Source of the DNA: Azolla caroliniana
Lineage: Eukaryota > Plantae > Polypodiophyta
Direction: 5' to 3'
Assembly (NCBI GenBank): GCA_043228905.1
Contig: JBHGNT010000001.1
Location: 37,014,001 to 37,078,000 of the forward strand
Length of the DNA stretch: 64,000 nucleotides
Program-made: the position numbers and the translations under genes
Notes under the pieces: model-generated
Seen by the model: the letters and a program-made list of their open reading frames with translations, nothing else
Databases searched by the model: none
What the model was told of the DNA's origin: nothing
Part shown: positions 26,206-37,789 of the stretch, piece after piece
Layout of the letters: every line of letters begins with the position of its first letter
Numbering within the stretch: position 1 is the stretch's first letter

Positions 26206-27597
26206 CAGTCACCTTGAGGTCTACGTCGAACGATTGACCGTAGACAATGTTCCTAATCGGTAATAACCACCATCACCTCTCTTCAATCCGCTCCAAGTGT
26301 CATATCTCCCCGAAGGTCCTAACCCTTCGACCTTTCAGACTCGCTTATCTTCAACCAGAATCTCGCAGTTTTGGCATGCCGCTTCCACAAAGCATGTTTT
26401 CTCTTTTACCGGGTCATCCCATCTAGTGACCTCCCGGACCCGCCTCTCTGCGCGGTCCACCTCATGCTTCCCTAACTTCTTTCTGGAGAAGCCTTCAAGC
26501 ACCACCGGCCAAAATACGGTGTCAGGAACAGCCTTTGTGTGTCGCGCCGCAACCTCCTCCATTAGTCTTTTCATCCCCCCTTGGCCGGTGTTCATCTCGA
26601 GGGGTTTCCGGGTCTCACTCACGTGTACCCGACCATTCCATAAGTACACGACATTGCTCTTGAGTGTGTAGACAAAGTTGGCGCTCTCCCTCCGAATGTG
26701 GCTGACGGCGTCGCACCACATGCACCTCAGGTCGTTCGGTGGGCATCGATCGCGCGACTAACCGCCACCTTCCCTTCATGCCTGCGCAGTCTAGAGGTCT
26801 CACACCATTTTGGTCAGTTCCTCCAATGTTGCATCTCCCATTGAGTCGCCGACAACGTTCGTCGGTATCGGCGCTAACTCGACTCTCTGACTCGTTTCAC
26901 TTGGCCGAATCGGTACTTTTCCGGTCATCCTCTCGATAGTCATGCCTGCCGACGACGTGCCCTCGTTATTCCACTCTTGCCATTTATCGAAACAGTTGCA
27001 TTGACCCCTTTTACCACAGTCCAATCGGTTGTGAGTCCATCATCCATCTCCTATAGGAGACCTACCTTTCCCGATCAAGGGGGTCGACCGACTTGATAAA
27101 TAGCATGACCTTACTACGTCGAGCACGGTTTGGTCCAGTGGCGAAAGGCGCGCAAATCGCTTCTCAAACTCCTGGAGAAGCACTGATGTGTTCCGACCTT
27201 TGTCGGGGAGCTCAACCCACTCCATGAACTCGTCTTCGATAGCTGGAGCGAGTCGTCGAAGCCATATCTTTCGAGGAGTCGTCCCTCAAACTCCAACCAA
27301 TTCCGAGAGTCGGCGTGAACCTCGAGCAATTCCGTGTGGATGCTCGGCGTTACGACCCGTGGAAATCCGTACAACCGTCTGTCCTCTAGGATGTCCCTCT
27401 TTAGCATCTCGGCCCTGTAGGCCTCCAGGTAACTCGTTACGTCCTTTCCATTAAATCGGCCTATCGTGCCAACTATCGTTTCTATAGCCCTATTGAGGTC
27501 ACTCATGCTCTCCCCAGCATTCACCAGGTGGTTGACGGCCACCACCATTGCTTCTGCAAGCTCACCTCCCCACATTTTGAACTCCTTTGATGCCCCT

Positions 27598-27615
27598 TTC
27601 ACGTCGGGTTCACCA
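27598..27615 (-). other. Primer-binding site complementary to tRNA-Trp
   Basis: The plus strand TTCACGTCGGGTTCACCA matches, from memory, the last 18 nt of plant cytosolic tRNA-Trp(CCA). It lies 4 nt from the LTR end at 27620. Confidence 0.85.
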
Positions 27616-27619
27616 AAGA

Positions 27620-28500
27620 TGTCGTTGTTTTCCTCGAGTATGTGTCGGATTGGGGCGAGATCGACGGGGTCTTGAACCAAGGAGCCGATGAAGAGAGAAA
27701 AGTGGGCAAGCGTATGGGGATTATCCGGCTAGTTGTCGGATTCCGGTTTGAAGAGTGCACGACACACATGCATGTAACCAATCCAAGCTTGTCACCAGAT
27801 CCGGCTCGATGAGCACGCATGCTCATCGGATAAAGAACACACACGCAAGACGATGATGAGAGGGAGAGATACCTCACGGATGCAACAGATGAGGCACGTG
27901 TAGAAAAGAAAACACGCGACAAAAGCAAAAGGCATGGACGCACTAGGCTACAACAAATCAATGATGATTAACAGAGCTGAGAAAGGGAGAGAATACAACC
28001 GGACTCGGCCGGCGATAGAGCTTCGAGCTCGACAACACACACACACGCAGAATCGATGAGCCCCTAGTCAAGGAGCACACAGGCTTCTTACGCAACGTGA
28101 GGCCTCACCTTCCCTCGCCGAATCAGCACAAAGCAAATAGGGAGAACGACCGAGCTCCGGATCTCAAACCGACAGCACTTCTCCCTCCAAAACGATGGAT
28201 CCTTCAACTGTTGAAACCTCCCCTTTTTATAGCACAAAGCGGGGGTCGTTACATCATGCATAATGACAGTTGTTTTTTGTAAGCGATTCTTCCTTGATTC
28301 TCTCTCACATCATATCCTATTATTCCTCTCTTTCTGTGGGACATTAAAGTACCCATTAACTACTCTACCTAGTACTTATAAGTACTATACCTATATTTAC
28401 ATTCCTTTGTACATTAGTCCATGTTCATGTGCACAATCGCACACCCCCATTCATGTGCATTCGGTTGGTTTTCTCCGTGTGGTCGGAATTCCCCACGACA
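27620..28500 (-). repeat. 5' LTR (881 bp) of the host Gypsy
   Basis: The minus strand starts TGTCGTGG and ends AACGACA, followed by the PBS. TATA-like CTATAAAAA on the minus strand at ~28224-28232. Confidence 0.85.
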
Positions 28501-30049
28501 ACAGTTGGAAATTACAAGAGAATATTATGAAATTGATAACTTATTTAACAATGGAATATAGGCGTGAAATTGAATTACTAAGAACGCAGAGACTTTGTTC
28601 AAACTTGGATTCATGAATAGAAATTTGTATCATTAAAAGCATGTCATGTGCGTATAAACATGTTGAAAATTGATTGTGTGCGAATGTCAGTCTTGCGTTT
28701 AGTTGTATCTTAATGGTATATTACATGATGAACGCTAAATTGGTAATAATATAGTCTTTAAGAGATAGATCAATTTTGCTATCATCATCCTCAGAGGTCA
28801 ATTACACCCTATAAGACCAAATTGAATCCTCTTGATGTTTTACAAGTTGCACCAACCCCATCACTTCTTGGTAGGTTTCACATCCTTGTATTGTTCTAGC
28901 CAAAGCATTGTTATCTTTAAACGAAGTTCTAAGGGGGTGTGACATGCATCCTTTTTAAGCTTACCTTTGAATAGCATATATCCATTGGTTGTAATTAATT
29001 TTAATAATGAATTGATTTGTGGTGCTTTAAGTTGAATTTGGAAATTATGCATACACCATAGACCATTTTGTGAGCAAGGACAAATTTGGGTGTTACATGT
29101 TTTTAGGTTCTAATTAGATATTGAGGTTTTTTTTATTTTGAAGGAATGAGTGTTGCACAAAATCGCACAACTTGATGCATGTTATATTTAGATATAAGAC
29201 AATTCTAGGTAAAACGTGAGTTATTTGTTAGATATTGGGGATCGAGAAATATCATACTTTTGGTACATAATAACCTTATAATTGTATATTTGAGTATTGT
29301 AGTAATACTTGGACATGTGAGAATGTGGATGGATAAGAGAATGAAAATCGAGTGAAATTGATTTTGCCAAATAAAAAATGTGAGATCGAGGTATTTGAAG
29401 AAGAGAGATAGAAAAAAGATAGAGAAGAGAAGAGGAAGAGAAAAGAATACTTCAATATACTATTAGGAAAACAATACCATCTTCTTAGACTCTAAAAATA
29501 ACAACTCCAAATAACAACTTTAATCTCAATGTCACTAATTGAAAATAGTCTTCCTTCTTCTACCAAGCTTCTTCTCACTTCTTCTAATCTTCTTATTTTT
29601 CCACCTCCTAGTTGCTAAGAATACCCTTTTATTTATAGGTTTTTAGTTGCGTTATTCTTTTTCTTTTCCTTTCTAAAAATCCTTGAGTTTATGTGAGACA
29701 TTTTTTTATATCACTATTTCTCCTTTGTTATCCCAAATTTGTCATAAAAGACTTTTTGGGAGAGCTCTTGTTATCAGCTTTTTTATGCATCGTTTTTTTT
29801 TGCCTAAATCGTCATGTCATATCCACGCTTTGCTTTTTCTGCCTTTTTCCCTTCTTCTTTTGTTCTTTTTCTTTCCTTTTTTTTCTACTTTTGAAAAACT
29901 ACCTCTAACTTTATATCCCTTCAAGTTCCTTCCTCCATTAATAATTGATCCTTTCATATTGCTCTTTATTATTAGACATCTTAATATCCCACATATTTAC
30001 AACAGTCTTTTCTTATGAACAAAGAATGACTTTGTAGTATTTGTATGAT

Positions 30050-32259
30050 GTTGTGTTTGGTAGTAGAGGATAAATGAAGAAAACCTGAAAACCAAACCAG
30101 GCTAGAATGGTATGAGATTGAGGTTTGTAAAAAGTAATATGGGGAAGCTCGTAAACCGGTTGAGCCTAACAACATAGTATGACGGTTAGGTTACCACCGA
30201 GATGGAGATGGAGTATAGAGAGATAGCCTAATTATGGGTTTATTTGGCAACAACTACAAAATATTTCATTGATGCAAGGTTCTTTACCTCTACAAACAGG
30301 AGAACAATTGTGGATTGATTGGAGTTTACGGGGTCAAATGTCGTTGTGACAAGTGACTACGAATCTTTTGTATCATTGCTTTGTTGAGTCTCTTGGATGG
30401 TTATCATCTAAGGTTGAAGAAGAATGAAAAATACACAAATCTAGTCATGGGTGGTGGTAGAGCTTTTCCAACGTAGTTAACATTCTAAATTGTCACTTGT
30501 AGCAAAGATCTTCATTTGGAGAGTTTTGATTGGAGAATTACCTTTGGAATTAACTCCAAAGTGTTGTGGACTAACAATGGGTAATTGTTTCTTCTACATC
30601 ATTTGTTCAAATGGAAGATAATACTCATCGATTTATACAATGTCCAATTGCTTGTCAGGTTTGGAGTTACATTTCAAAAATTTGACAAGTTTTATCACGG
30701 TGTTATTTGACACCTAAACAGTGGGTGTTTGCACAAGTTGCACAAGTTGACTCAAAATCAGAGATGGAGATCATTTTCCTATTTTTGAGATATTGGGGAT
30801 TGCGTCATAATTGGGACATGGGCAATGCTTGTATTCGATGGTAGACATAGAGTGAAAGCATATCTATGAAAGTTGAAGGGAGTACTAATGTGGCAATTTT
30901 CATTATTGGAGCAAGTGAAAATTCTTTCTTTAGTGGAGTGTTCGTCTTGCCTATTGGTAATTCAACATGTTCCACTACGCATGTAGTGTAGTTACTGGGT
31001 GACCATACTCCATTGTCATACCCATTGTAAGTGGTGTTTTTCACACACATTATTAATATAATTGTGTGTTTTCACCAAAGAGAGAGAGAGAGAGCGCAAG
31101 AGAGAGAGTGTGTGAGTGTGTGTGAGTGAGTGAGTGTGTGTGTGTGTAAGTACATAGACAACAAAGAAAACTATCTTTTAAAAATTAGTCCACTTACATG
31201 CAATGTGCTCACGGAGCACCTTTTATACAAACATTATTGACACAAGTATTGTTAGATCATATATGAGCTTTGACACCTAATTGACCTATAATATTCTTAT
31301 GATTATGCTAGGAAGACTAGGTCCTAAATGGCTCTACAACCTTTCTAAACTATGGCCTTTAGGCTTTCAGCCTTCTGTTAAGGTTGTCATCTCAACAGTC
31401 CCCCTCAAGCTCAAATCAGGGGTCAACTTTGTCCACTCTACTTTGTCCCCCTCTTCCCCCACGACCCCATCTCCGTGTACAACATCTAGCTATTAGCGTG
31501 TGTGCTCCTTGACACACTTGTGTGGTTCTCTTCAACTAGAAAGCATCAATTGCAAGTTGAAGAAGGTCGGCAACTTCTCTCTCGTGCAGATTGTCATTCA
31601 AATCGGCTCGTACCTATGCGCTAGACCACCAAGACGGATCAGAACCGTCTCATCTCTTTAATCTTCATGGTGTAGTCAGTCACTGTCATATCCCTTTGGT
31701 GGACAATGTTGAGCTCCTGCCGAAGCTGCAACTTACGAGCCGTGGTACTCTCAGCGAAAATCTTCTTCAAATTTTCCCGTGCCTCCTTGGTGTCTTTACA
31801 TCTCGGATGTAGCCTAGCATCTGGTCGTGCACACAGGGTGCAAGGCAGTACAAAACTCTATTTGCCGCCTATTCCTAGACCAGGAAATCCTTGTGTGCCG
31901 ACTCTAGCGCTTCGTCATTCTCTCCATAGATGTAACTCCAGTACCCGCGTCTGGTGCATCTTGTATTCCCAAGATGCATAGTTGCTTTTGTCCAATTTTT
32001 CTATTGGAAGAGCGCATTCCTTTGTCCATGTTCCCATCTTTTCTTGTGTCCGAAAGTCATTTGCTTGGTATGTGTCAAAAAGTTGTGTCGGTTGCAAAGG
32101 ATTCTCCTAAATGGAGAAAACCTGAAAACCGAGCCAGGCCAGAATGGTATGAGATTGAGGTTTGTAAAAAGTAAGATGCGGAAGCTCGTAGACAAACACA
32201 GTCGGTTGAGCCAGACAACACAGTATGATAGTTAGGTTACCATCGAGATGGAGATGGAG

Positions 32260-32327
<68 letters not shown>

Positions 32328-32598
32328 GTGAGTGACTGTGTGTGTGTAAGTACACAAACAACAGAGAAAATTGTATTTCAAAAATTAGTCCACTTACATA
32401 CAATGTGCTCATAGAGCATCTTTTATATAAACAATACTAACACAAGTAATGTGAGCTCATTTACACGTTCTGACACCTAATTGACCTATAATATTCCTAT
32501 GACTATTCTAGGAAGAGTAGGTCCTAAATGGCTCTAAGGCCTTTCAGCCTTGTTGGCCATTCGGCTTCCAGCCTTCTGTTGAGCTTGTACTCTCAACA
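30050..32598 (-). mobile_element. Non-autonomous gag-only Copia derivative (LTR-gag-PPT-LTR); left boundary approximate
   Basis: Direct repeats ~30050-30225 plus 31080-31397 versus ~32082-32598, both ending TCTCAACA. PPT AGGGGGAC at 31398-31405. The ~700-bp interior encodes only decayed Copia gag (LPIEKLDKSNYASWEYKMHQ; ENLKKIFAESTTARKLQLRQELN). PBS and TSD not found. Confidence 0.75.
30230..31079 (+). mobile_element. L1-type LINE 3' fragment inserted in the LTR's (AG)n tract
   Basis: ~30490-30690 translates, with a frameshift, as FIWRVLIGELP...GNCFF...EDNTHRFIQCPIACQVW, a zf-RVT-like motif. The segment is absent from the sister LTR. Confidence 0.65.
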
Positions 32599-32615
32599 AG
32601 GTTGAGATTGTAAGC

Positions 32616-32890
32616 TTGTGATTTAGACAAAGATTGACATTGAGAACACGGGGCTAGCGAGAGGCTCATTACTCTGAACTAAGTGATTTGCAAATGAGCT
32701 TCTATCTATTACTTTTAGAATTCTCATCCTTCTTCCTCTATTTCTTTTTCTTGAGTTGTGATTTAGACCAAGATTGATGTTGAGAACTCGAGGCTCATTA
32801 CTCTGAACTAAGTGATTTGCAAATGAGCTTCTATCTATTACTTTTATAATTCTCATTATTCTTCCTCTATTTCTTTTTCTCGAGTATTGT
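32616..32890. repeat. Two-copy tandem duplication (~130-140 bp)
   Basis: GAGGCTCATTACTCTGAACTAAGTGATTTGCAAATGAGCTTCTATCTATTACTTTTA occurs twice (~32661 and ~32790). Confidence 0.9.
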
Positions 32891-35800
32891 GTTGATTGGT
32901 TATCTCAGTGAATGTGTGAGTAGAAATGTACATCCAAGTAGAGGGGTGCATGACATTTGCTTGGGTGTGTTGCAACTGGAGAGTTGGACAATTAGAAAAC
33001 TCACGACGTTGTGAATGATTTATGACTTCCTAAAATAATAAAAAGCTCTATAGCTTTTGTCATCCTATGAATTAAGTCATCTGTGTACTATTAAGTAAGT
33101 TTCACTCGAACAAAACATGCTACCAACAAAACACATAATTTTACGAAAAAAATCTCATGTGATATATTAAGACCATAGAGAAACGGGGGTGAATGTGTCT
33201 GCAGTGCTTTTTATTAAATCTACACGTTTCTCTTGGTCAATGAAATAAGCAAGTACTACATCTTGTGAAACATTAAAGTGGATGAGTCATGAATGTATTA
33301 CTCGTTTCAATATTGGTCTTTCATGACATAGTTTCTCATGAGTCATGAGTGTAATATATACTATGTATGTTTACAGAGATGTTGGTGATGCTTTTTACCC
33401 AATGTTATCACACATGCACAAAATAAAAAAGGATTGGATTGTATAACCATCTAACAAACTAACTTTTGCTACGTGTGCACATATATGTATTAGTTGTTAC
33501 CCCTGGAGTGAGGATTTTTATCTCGATCCATGTCTTCCCATCTATGATTTTGTCATGTTAGTATGAGGGCCCACACGGTGAGATCATGTTATATGACTCC
33601 TTGTGGAATTTCTTTTGGGTAGTTCAATATGCACACGTATAAGACTTATAAATGGTCATGTTTATGCAAGCTTTTTACAATGACCAACCTTTATAAACTC
33701 GTGGATACAAGAGATGTGAGGACGATGGAAAATCAATACACTCCTTTGAATGAGCGAACTCTTCAAAAGCAAACTTAAGATATATAAAGTTGTGAGCTAT
33801 TAAACGGGGAAACTTCAACACTTGACCATGATAGGTTGCCGAAAAAAACTGAGTAAAGGTGGTTGAACTAGTAATATATAGTTTATTAAGCAAGAACCCC
33901 CTCAATAATAAAATCGTGAAATAACTTGAATTACGTGCACATTGCCCAAAAGAGCTCAAACTACATGAGTAATTATGAGGGTTCAAGGCCCAACGAAACG
34001 AGCCTGAAGAAAACAAAAACAATTATCTCGGTAATGGACGTGAGTAAGTGACCACACGAGCAATGACAATATTATTTGTATTTGTTTGTTCTATATGAAA
34101 AATATAATTAAAAAAACGACAAATTATTGTTTGTTTCAGTGTATCAACCTCTTGTATACAAGAACAATTAATCAAAGTGTGACCAATTGTATTCCCTTTT
34201 ATAGAAACAATTTAGCATAGGTTTATTATACTTCTCACGTCATGTGCAAGTAAATGTGTTTGGAGAACGATGATAAAATTGATTCACAAATATGCAAATA
34301 TAACTAATTTAAAAAGTAGGGAAATGATGAAAAGGGTTTGTCCTTGCATATTGTCCAATGGCCTTGTAGATTATTCCCAAAAGCGTGTGTGGAAAGGGGG
34401 TGGGTGGGTGTCTGTGTGTGATTCAAGCTGCATGTAGCATCTTGATTGCACGAATCAATGGTCTTCAAACAAATAAACCATTCACCGGTCAATTAAATCT
34501 TAGAACCTATTCTCGAACACGGAATGTATCTACCTATCAAGACTTCTGGATTTGTTGATATCAAGACTACACGCTCAATCATGGGCTTCATATTTGAAGG
34601 TAGTGCAAAAGTTTTGAAACAACATACATACCCAATATCACAACATGAATGAAGATACTCAAAAAAGGCACTTATACACTTTCACTTTTGACATAGAATC
34701 TTGATAGTAAAGAATTATTAACAACATTTGTTTCATATATATTGCTCGTCTATGGTTGAAAGCTTGGGATTTTGCTCATTATGCCTCGACAAACATAGTG
34801 GCCCCATTTCTTATTTTTGCTCATCGTATTTTAAATATGTGTCAAGTAGTCATTCAAAAAGCATTGAACACATGAATTGTGGTTTACATGCCAGAACCAT
34901 CACCTTAAAAGTCTGTCAAATTAGCAATCACGTTAAATTAAAAGCTTACATGATCGTCGATTATATTTTCAATAACTATTTGTTTTCCATTGTTTTCTTA
35001 GACATGTGACATGGCCATTTTCAAGTAAATCAATATCATCAAAACAGATATTTTCCAGTCAATTGGCAATTAACTAACACGAGGGGGAGGAGCAAACACA
35101 TTTAAGAAGTTGACGCCATTCCAAACAACATTTACTTGAAGGAGTTTACACAACTTTGATTGGTAATTGTTGTTGAAGTTGCTCAAAATTGGTATATTTG
35201 TCTCGGTCCTTGATGCTCCTTCTTCGTGTCTTCCAACAGCCACAAAACTATTTTAACAGACGCTCAACAATCTCCATTTTCTCAAAGGACTAATACCAAC
35301 CCTCATGCATGGCCATGCGTGAGACGAAAATAATACTAAACTTGACGTGTATTAGATACTCCAAGTAAACTTTCAAGGGAAATATAGCGAGCATCTTTGA
35401 TAGAGGGATGCTTTTTGTTATGAGGATGGGGGAGGAAAACAATAACATAGAGTAGGCTAAGCGTGTCTTAATTGCATCCTCTTTTGCAGCCTAAAAAATG
35501 TGGCATATCATCTTTCTCTTCTAGAGAACTTTCTATGTAGCGCCATACTTTAAACTAAAAGTTCTACTCTTGGAAGTTCTAGTTAGCAACCACATACATC
35601 CCATACGCTAGGGCCCCAAAAAGTGAACAAAATCTTTGGACTCTTGGTAACCGAAGCATAAACTCTAGATAGGTCTTCAATCTCTCGATGAGCCGAACGT
35701 TATTTCTCTTCAAGCGAAAGAAGCAAGAGGACTTGAAAGACAACATTTTCACGCGAAATAACAATTAGCGTGGGCAAGAGGTAATTGGCAAACGTGAGAG

Positions 35801-35898
35801 CAATGACAATGTGGCAATGCAAAGCATGGGGATGGGAGTGTGTGTTAGGGTGTGTGAATGGGAGGAGTGTTCGTTGTGTTGTATTGAGGCATAACGAC

Positions 35899-35924
35899 GG
35901 GGGGGGGGGGGGGGGGGGGGGGGG
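35899..35924 (+). repeat. Poly-G tract (26 nt) ~585 bp upstream of the ROH1-like ATG
   Basis: Read directly from the sequence. Confidence 0.9.
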
Positions 35925-36508
35925 AGAAAGGCGGGCAGGGATGATGCAGGGAGACAACGTCATTTGCATCGTCGTGGCATTCATTCGGCAAAGAGGACTT
36001 GTATTGTATTGTATTGTGGCATGTGGTAGGCAATACATACAAAACATATATATAGTAGTAATAGGACATAAGAAGAGAAATAAATACATATAGTGAGGTA
36101 GGTAGGCTAGCGATGTGTTGAGGAGGAGGACCAAGGTGTGGGAAGAAGAGGCCCCATGGGAACCCATCATGCATGCCCCCAAAATGCAAGAAAGAGGACA
36201 GGTGTGAAAGCAAAAAGCTAAGGGCGGGGACACACGGACACACGGACACACGGACACGGACAGGAGGGCTAAGTCTTCCTCTATTTCCTTTCCTTTCCCA
36301 CACGCATCTCCTTCTCCTCTTCTCCTCTTCTCCTTCTCCTTCTCCTTCTCCTCATTTCTCTGTTGTCTTCCCCTCCCCTCCTCTCCTCTCCTCTCCTCAG
36401 GAAAAGCAAAAGCTTGCTTCCTTCACTGAGTGAGGGTCGGTGATTTCAACACTGAATACTACCATTCTTTTCTCTCTCTCTCTCTCTTCCCCTCACTGAC
36501 AGACAGCC

Positions 36509-37789
36509 ATGCCTGTCCCCCCCCAGTCTTCGTCTTCTTCTTCTTCTTCTTCTTCTTCTCTCTTCTCCTCTATTGGCTCCCTCTTCCATTCCTTCCAAAA
36601 TAACTCCACACACCCCAACCCTAACCCTAATTCCAATCGTAACCCCAACCGTAATGATGTCTTCGAGTCCAACCTTGTCCAACGCCTCTCTGCCCTCTTG
36701 CCCCCTGCCGGTGACCCTGTCTCTCTCAACCTTCCCTTCTTGAAGCAATCCATGGAAGTCCTCTTGGCCACGCAATCCGATCTCCATCACCTCTTGCCAG
36801 GTCACTCTGCCGGCAGCCATTCGTCACATCATGCCCAAATGACCCCTGCACGGAAAAAGATGGTCGAAGATTTCCTCGATCGCAGCGTAAAGCTCTTGGA
36901 TGTCTGCCGTGCCATTAAAGATCGTATCGAAGAGGCCCTAGAACTCCAAGGTATGCTAGAATTGGTCATTTTGTGCTTAAGTTCAAAGAGAGGGGGGCTA
37001 TTGAACAAAGGCCAAATAAGAAGGGCAAGAAGAGCTCTCAAAGAGCTTCTCTTCTCCATGGATCGATCAAATAACAATAAACCGTACCATGACCAACAAG
37101 ATTCATCATCAAACTCTCATCGATCTTTCCATCGAAGCAATACTGAAGCCCTCAGCGATGGTGCCATGTCAGTATCTCATGATCATCCTCAAAGATGGAG
37201 GTCTTGGCATGCTCATTCCACAAGAGGGGGTTCACACGAGTCTCTGCTTTCACGGCAGCTTCAAGCAGTTGGGGCTGCCCTTGTGCCCCCACGGGTGGCA
37301 GCAGGCGATGTGGAAGAGAGCTTTTGTGCAGCCGTTTATGCTTACAATGTTGTAGCTGTCTTCTTCCTAAGCACACTTTTAGCCACCCTTCCAACTCATG
37401 GCGGAGGTTCTATCAACATCTCGAGCTTCGTCCACCCAAGGGCTTTTGTATGGGGGGCTCCTCTAGCACATCTCCACGACAGGGTCCAAGATGAGGTTCG
37501 GCGTCGTGTCTCCCGAAACAGTCCTAACTATGCTGCCATGTTGGAACTAGACCAAATCTCGAGGGTAGTCCATAAATTGTTTGCATTTGTTACCGATGAT
37601 GATGCCCTTCCCAACTCCCCCGATGCTCTGGATGAGTTCAAGGCCCTTGTGAAGCAACTCGAGCAAAACATGGAAGAGATCGAGAGGGATTTGGCCCCCC
37701 TGGGCCAGCAAATCAGAGTCTTCTCTAATAATTTGATATCTTCGAGGATGGAGGTTCTCGATATGCCTTCTACTACTCCAGCTGAATGA
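36509..37789 (+). CDS. ROH1-like / BPS1-family DUF793 protein, 426 aa, single exon
   Basis: Motifs MVEDFLDRSVKLLDVCRAIKD, GQIRRARRALKEL, SRQLQAVGAALVPPR, WGAPLAHLHDRVQDE and LAPLGQQIRVFSNNLISSRMEVLD match ROH1/DUF793 proteins as I recall them. A CT-rich leader lies at 36270-36495. Confidence 0.85.
   Translation: MPVPPQSSSSSSSSSSSLFSSIGSLFHSFQNNSTHPNPNPNSNRNPNRNDVFESNLVQRLSALLPPAGDPVSLNLPFLKQSMEVLLATQSDLHHLLPGHSAGSHSSHHAQMTPARKKMVEDFLDRSVKLLDVCRAIKDRIEEALELQGMLELVILCLSSKRGGLLNKGQIRRARRALKELLFSMDRSNNNKPYHDQQDSSSNSHRSFHRSNTEALSDGAMSVSHDHPQRWRSWHAHSTRGGSHESLLSRQLQAVGAALVPPRVAAGDVEESFCAAVYAYNVVAVFFLSTLLATLPTHGGGSINISSFVHPRAFVWGAPLAHLHDRVQDEVRRRVSRNSPNYAAMLELDQISRVVHKLFAFVTDDDALPNSPDALDEFKALVKQLEQNMEEIERDLAPLGQQIRVFSNNLISSRMEVLDMPSTTPAE

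Larger units (their letters stand above)
11169..28500 (-). mobile_element. Old degenerate Ty3/Gypsy-type LTR retrotransposon hosting nested insertions
   Basis: On the minus strand: 5' LTR 28500-27620, tRNA-Trp PBS, gag remnants (IGRFNGKDVTSYLEAY, ~27500), protease (ALIDHGxEINLM, ~25400), RT (TLPQGGTNSV, PFMDDIP ~17950; PKPSPTKVEAI ~12380), RNase H (VTIDASPTGI, IETDC, NSMADMLSR) and integrase HH (FHESPWSGHRG ~11410), giving PR-RT-RH-IN order. 3' LTR remnant at 11169-11351. Flanks ACGG (11165-68) and ACAG (28501-04). Confidence 0.85.

Noticed and set aside
27598-27615. Apparent tRNA-Trp gene
   Set aside because: Only the 3' 18 nt including CCA are present, next to an LTR, so it is a PBS.
28850-29097. 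Possible LTR end GGGTGTTACA at 29097
   Set aside because: No partner LTR, PBS, PPT or TSD found in the window.
36615-36650. CCCTAACCCTAA telomere-like repeat
   Set aside because: Only two units, inside the CDS and encoding PNPNPN.
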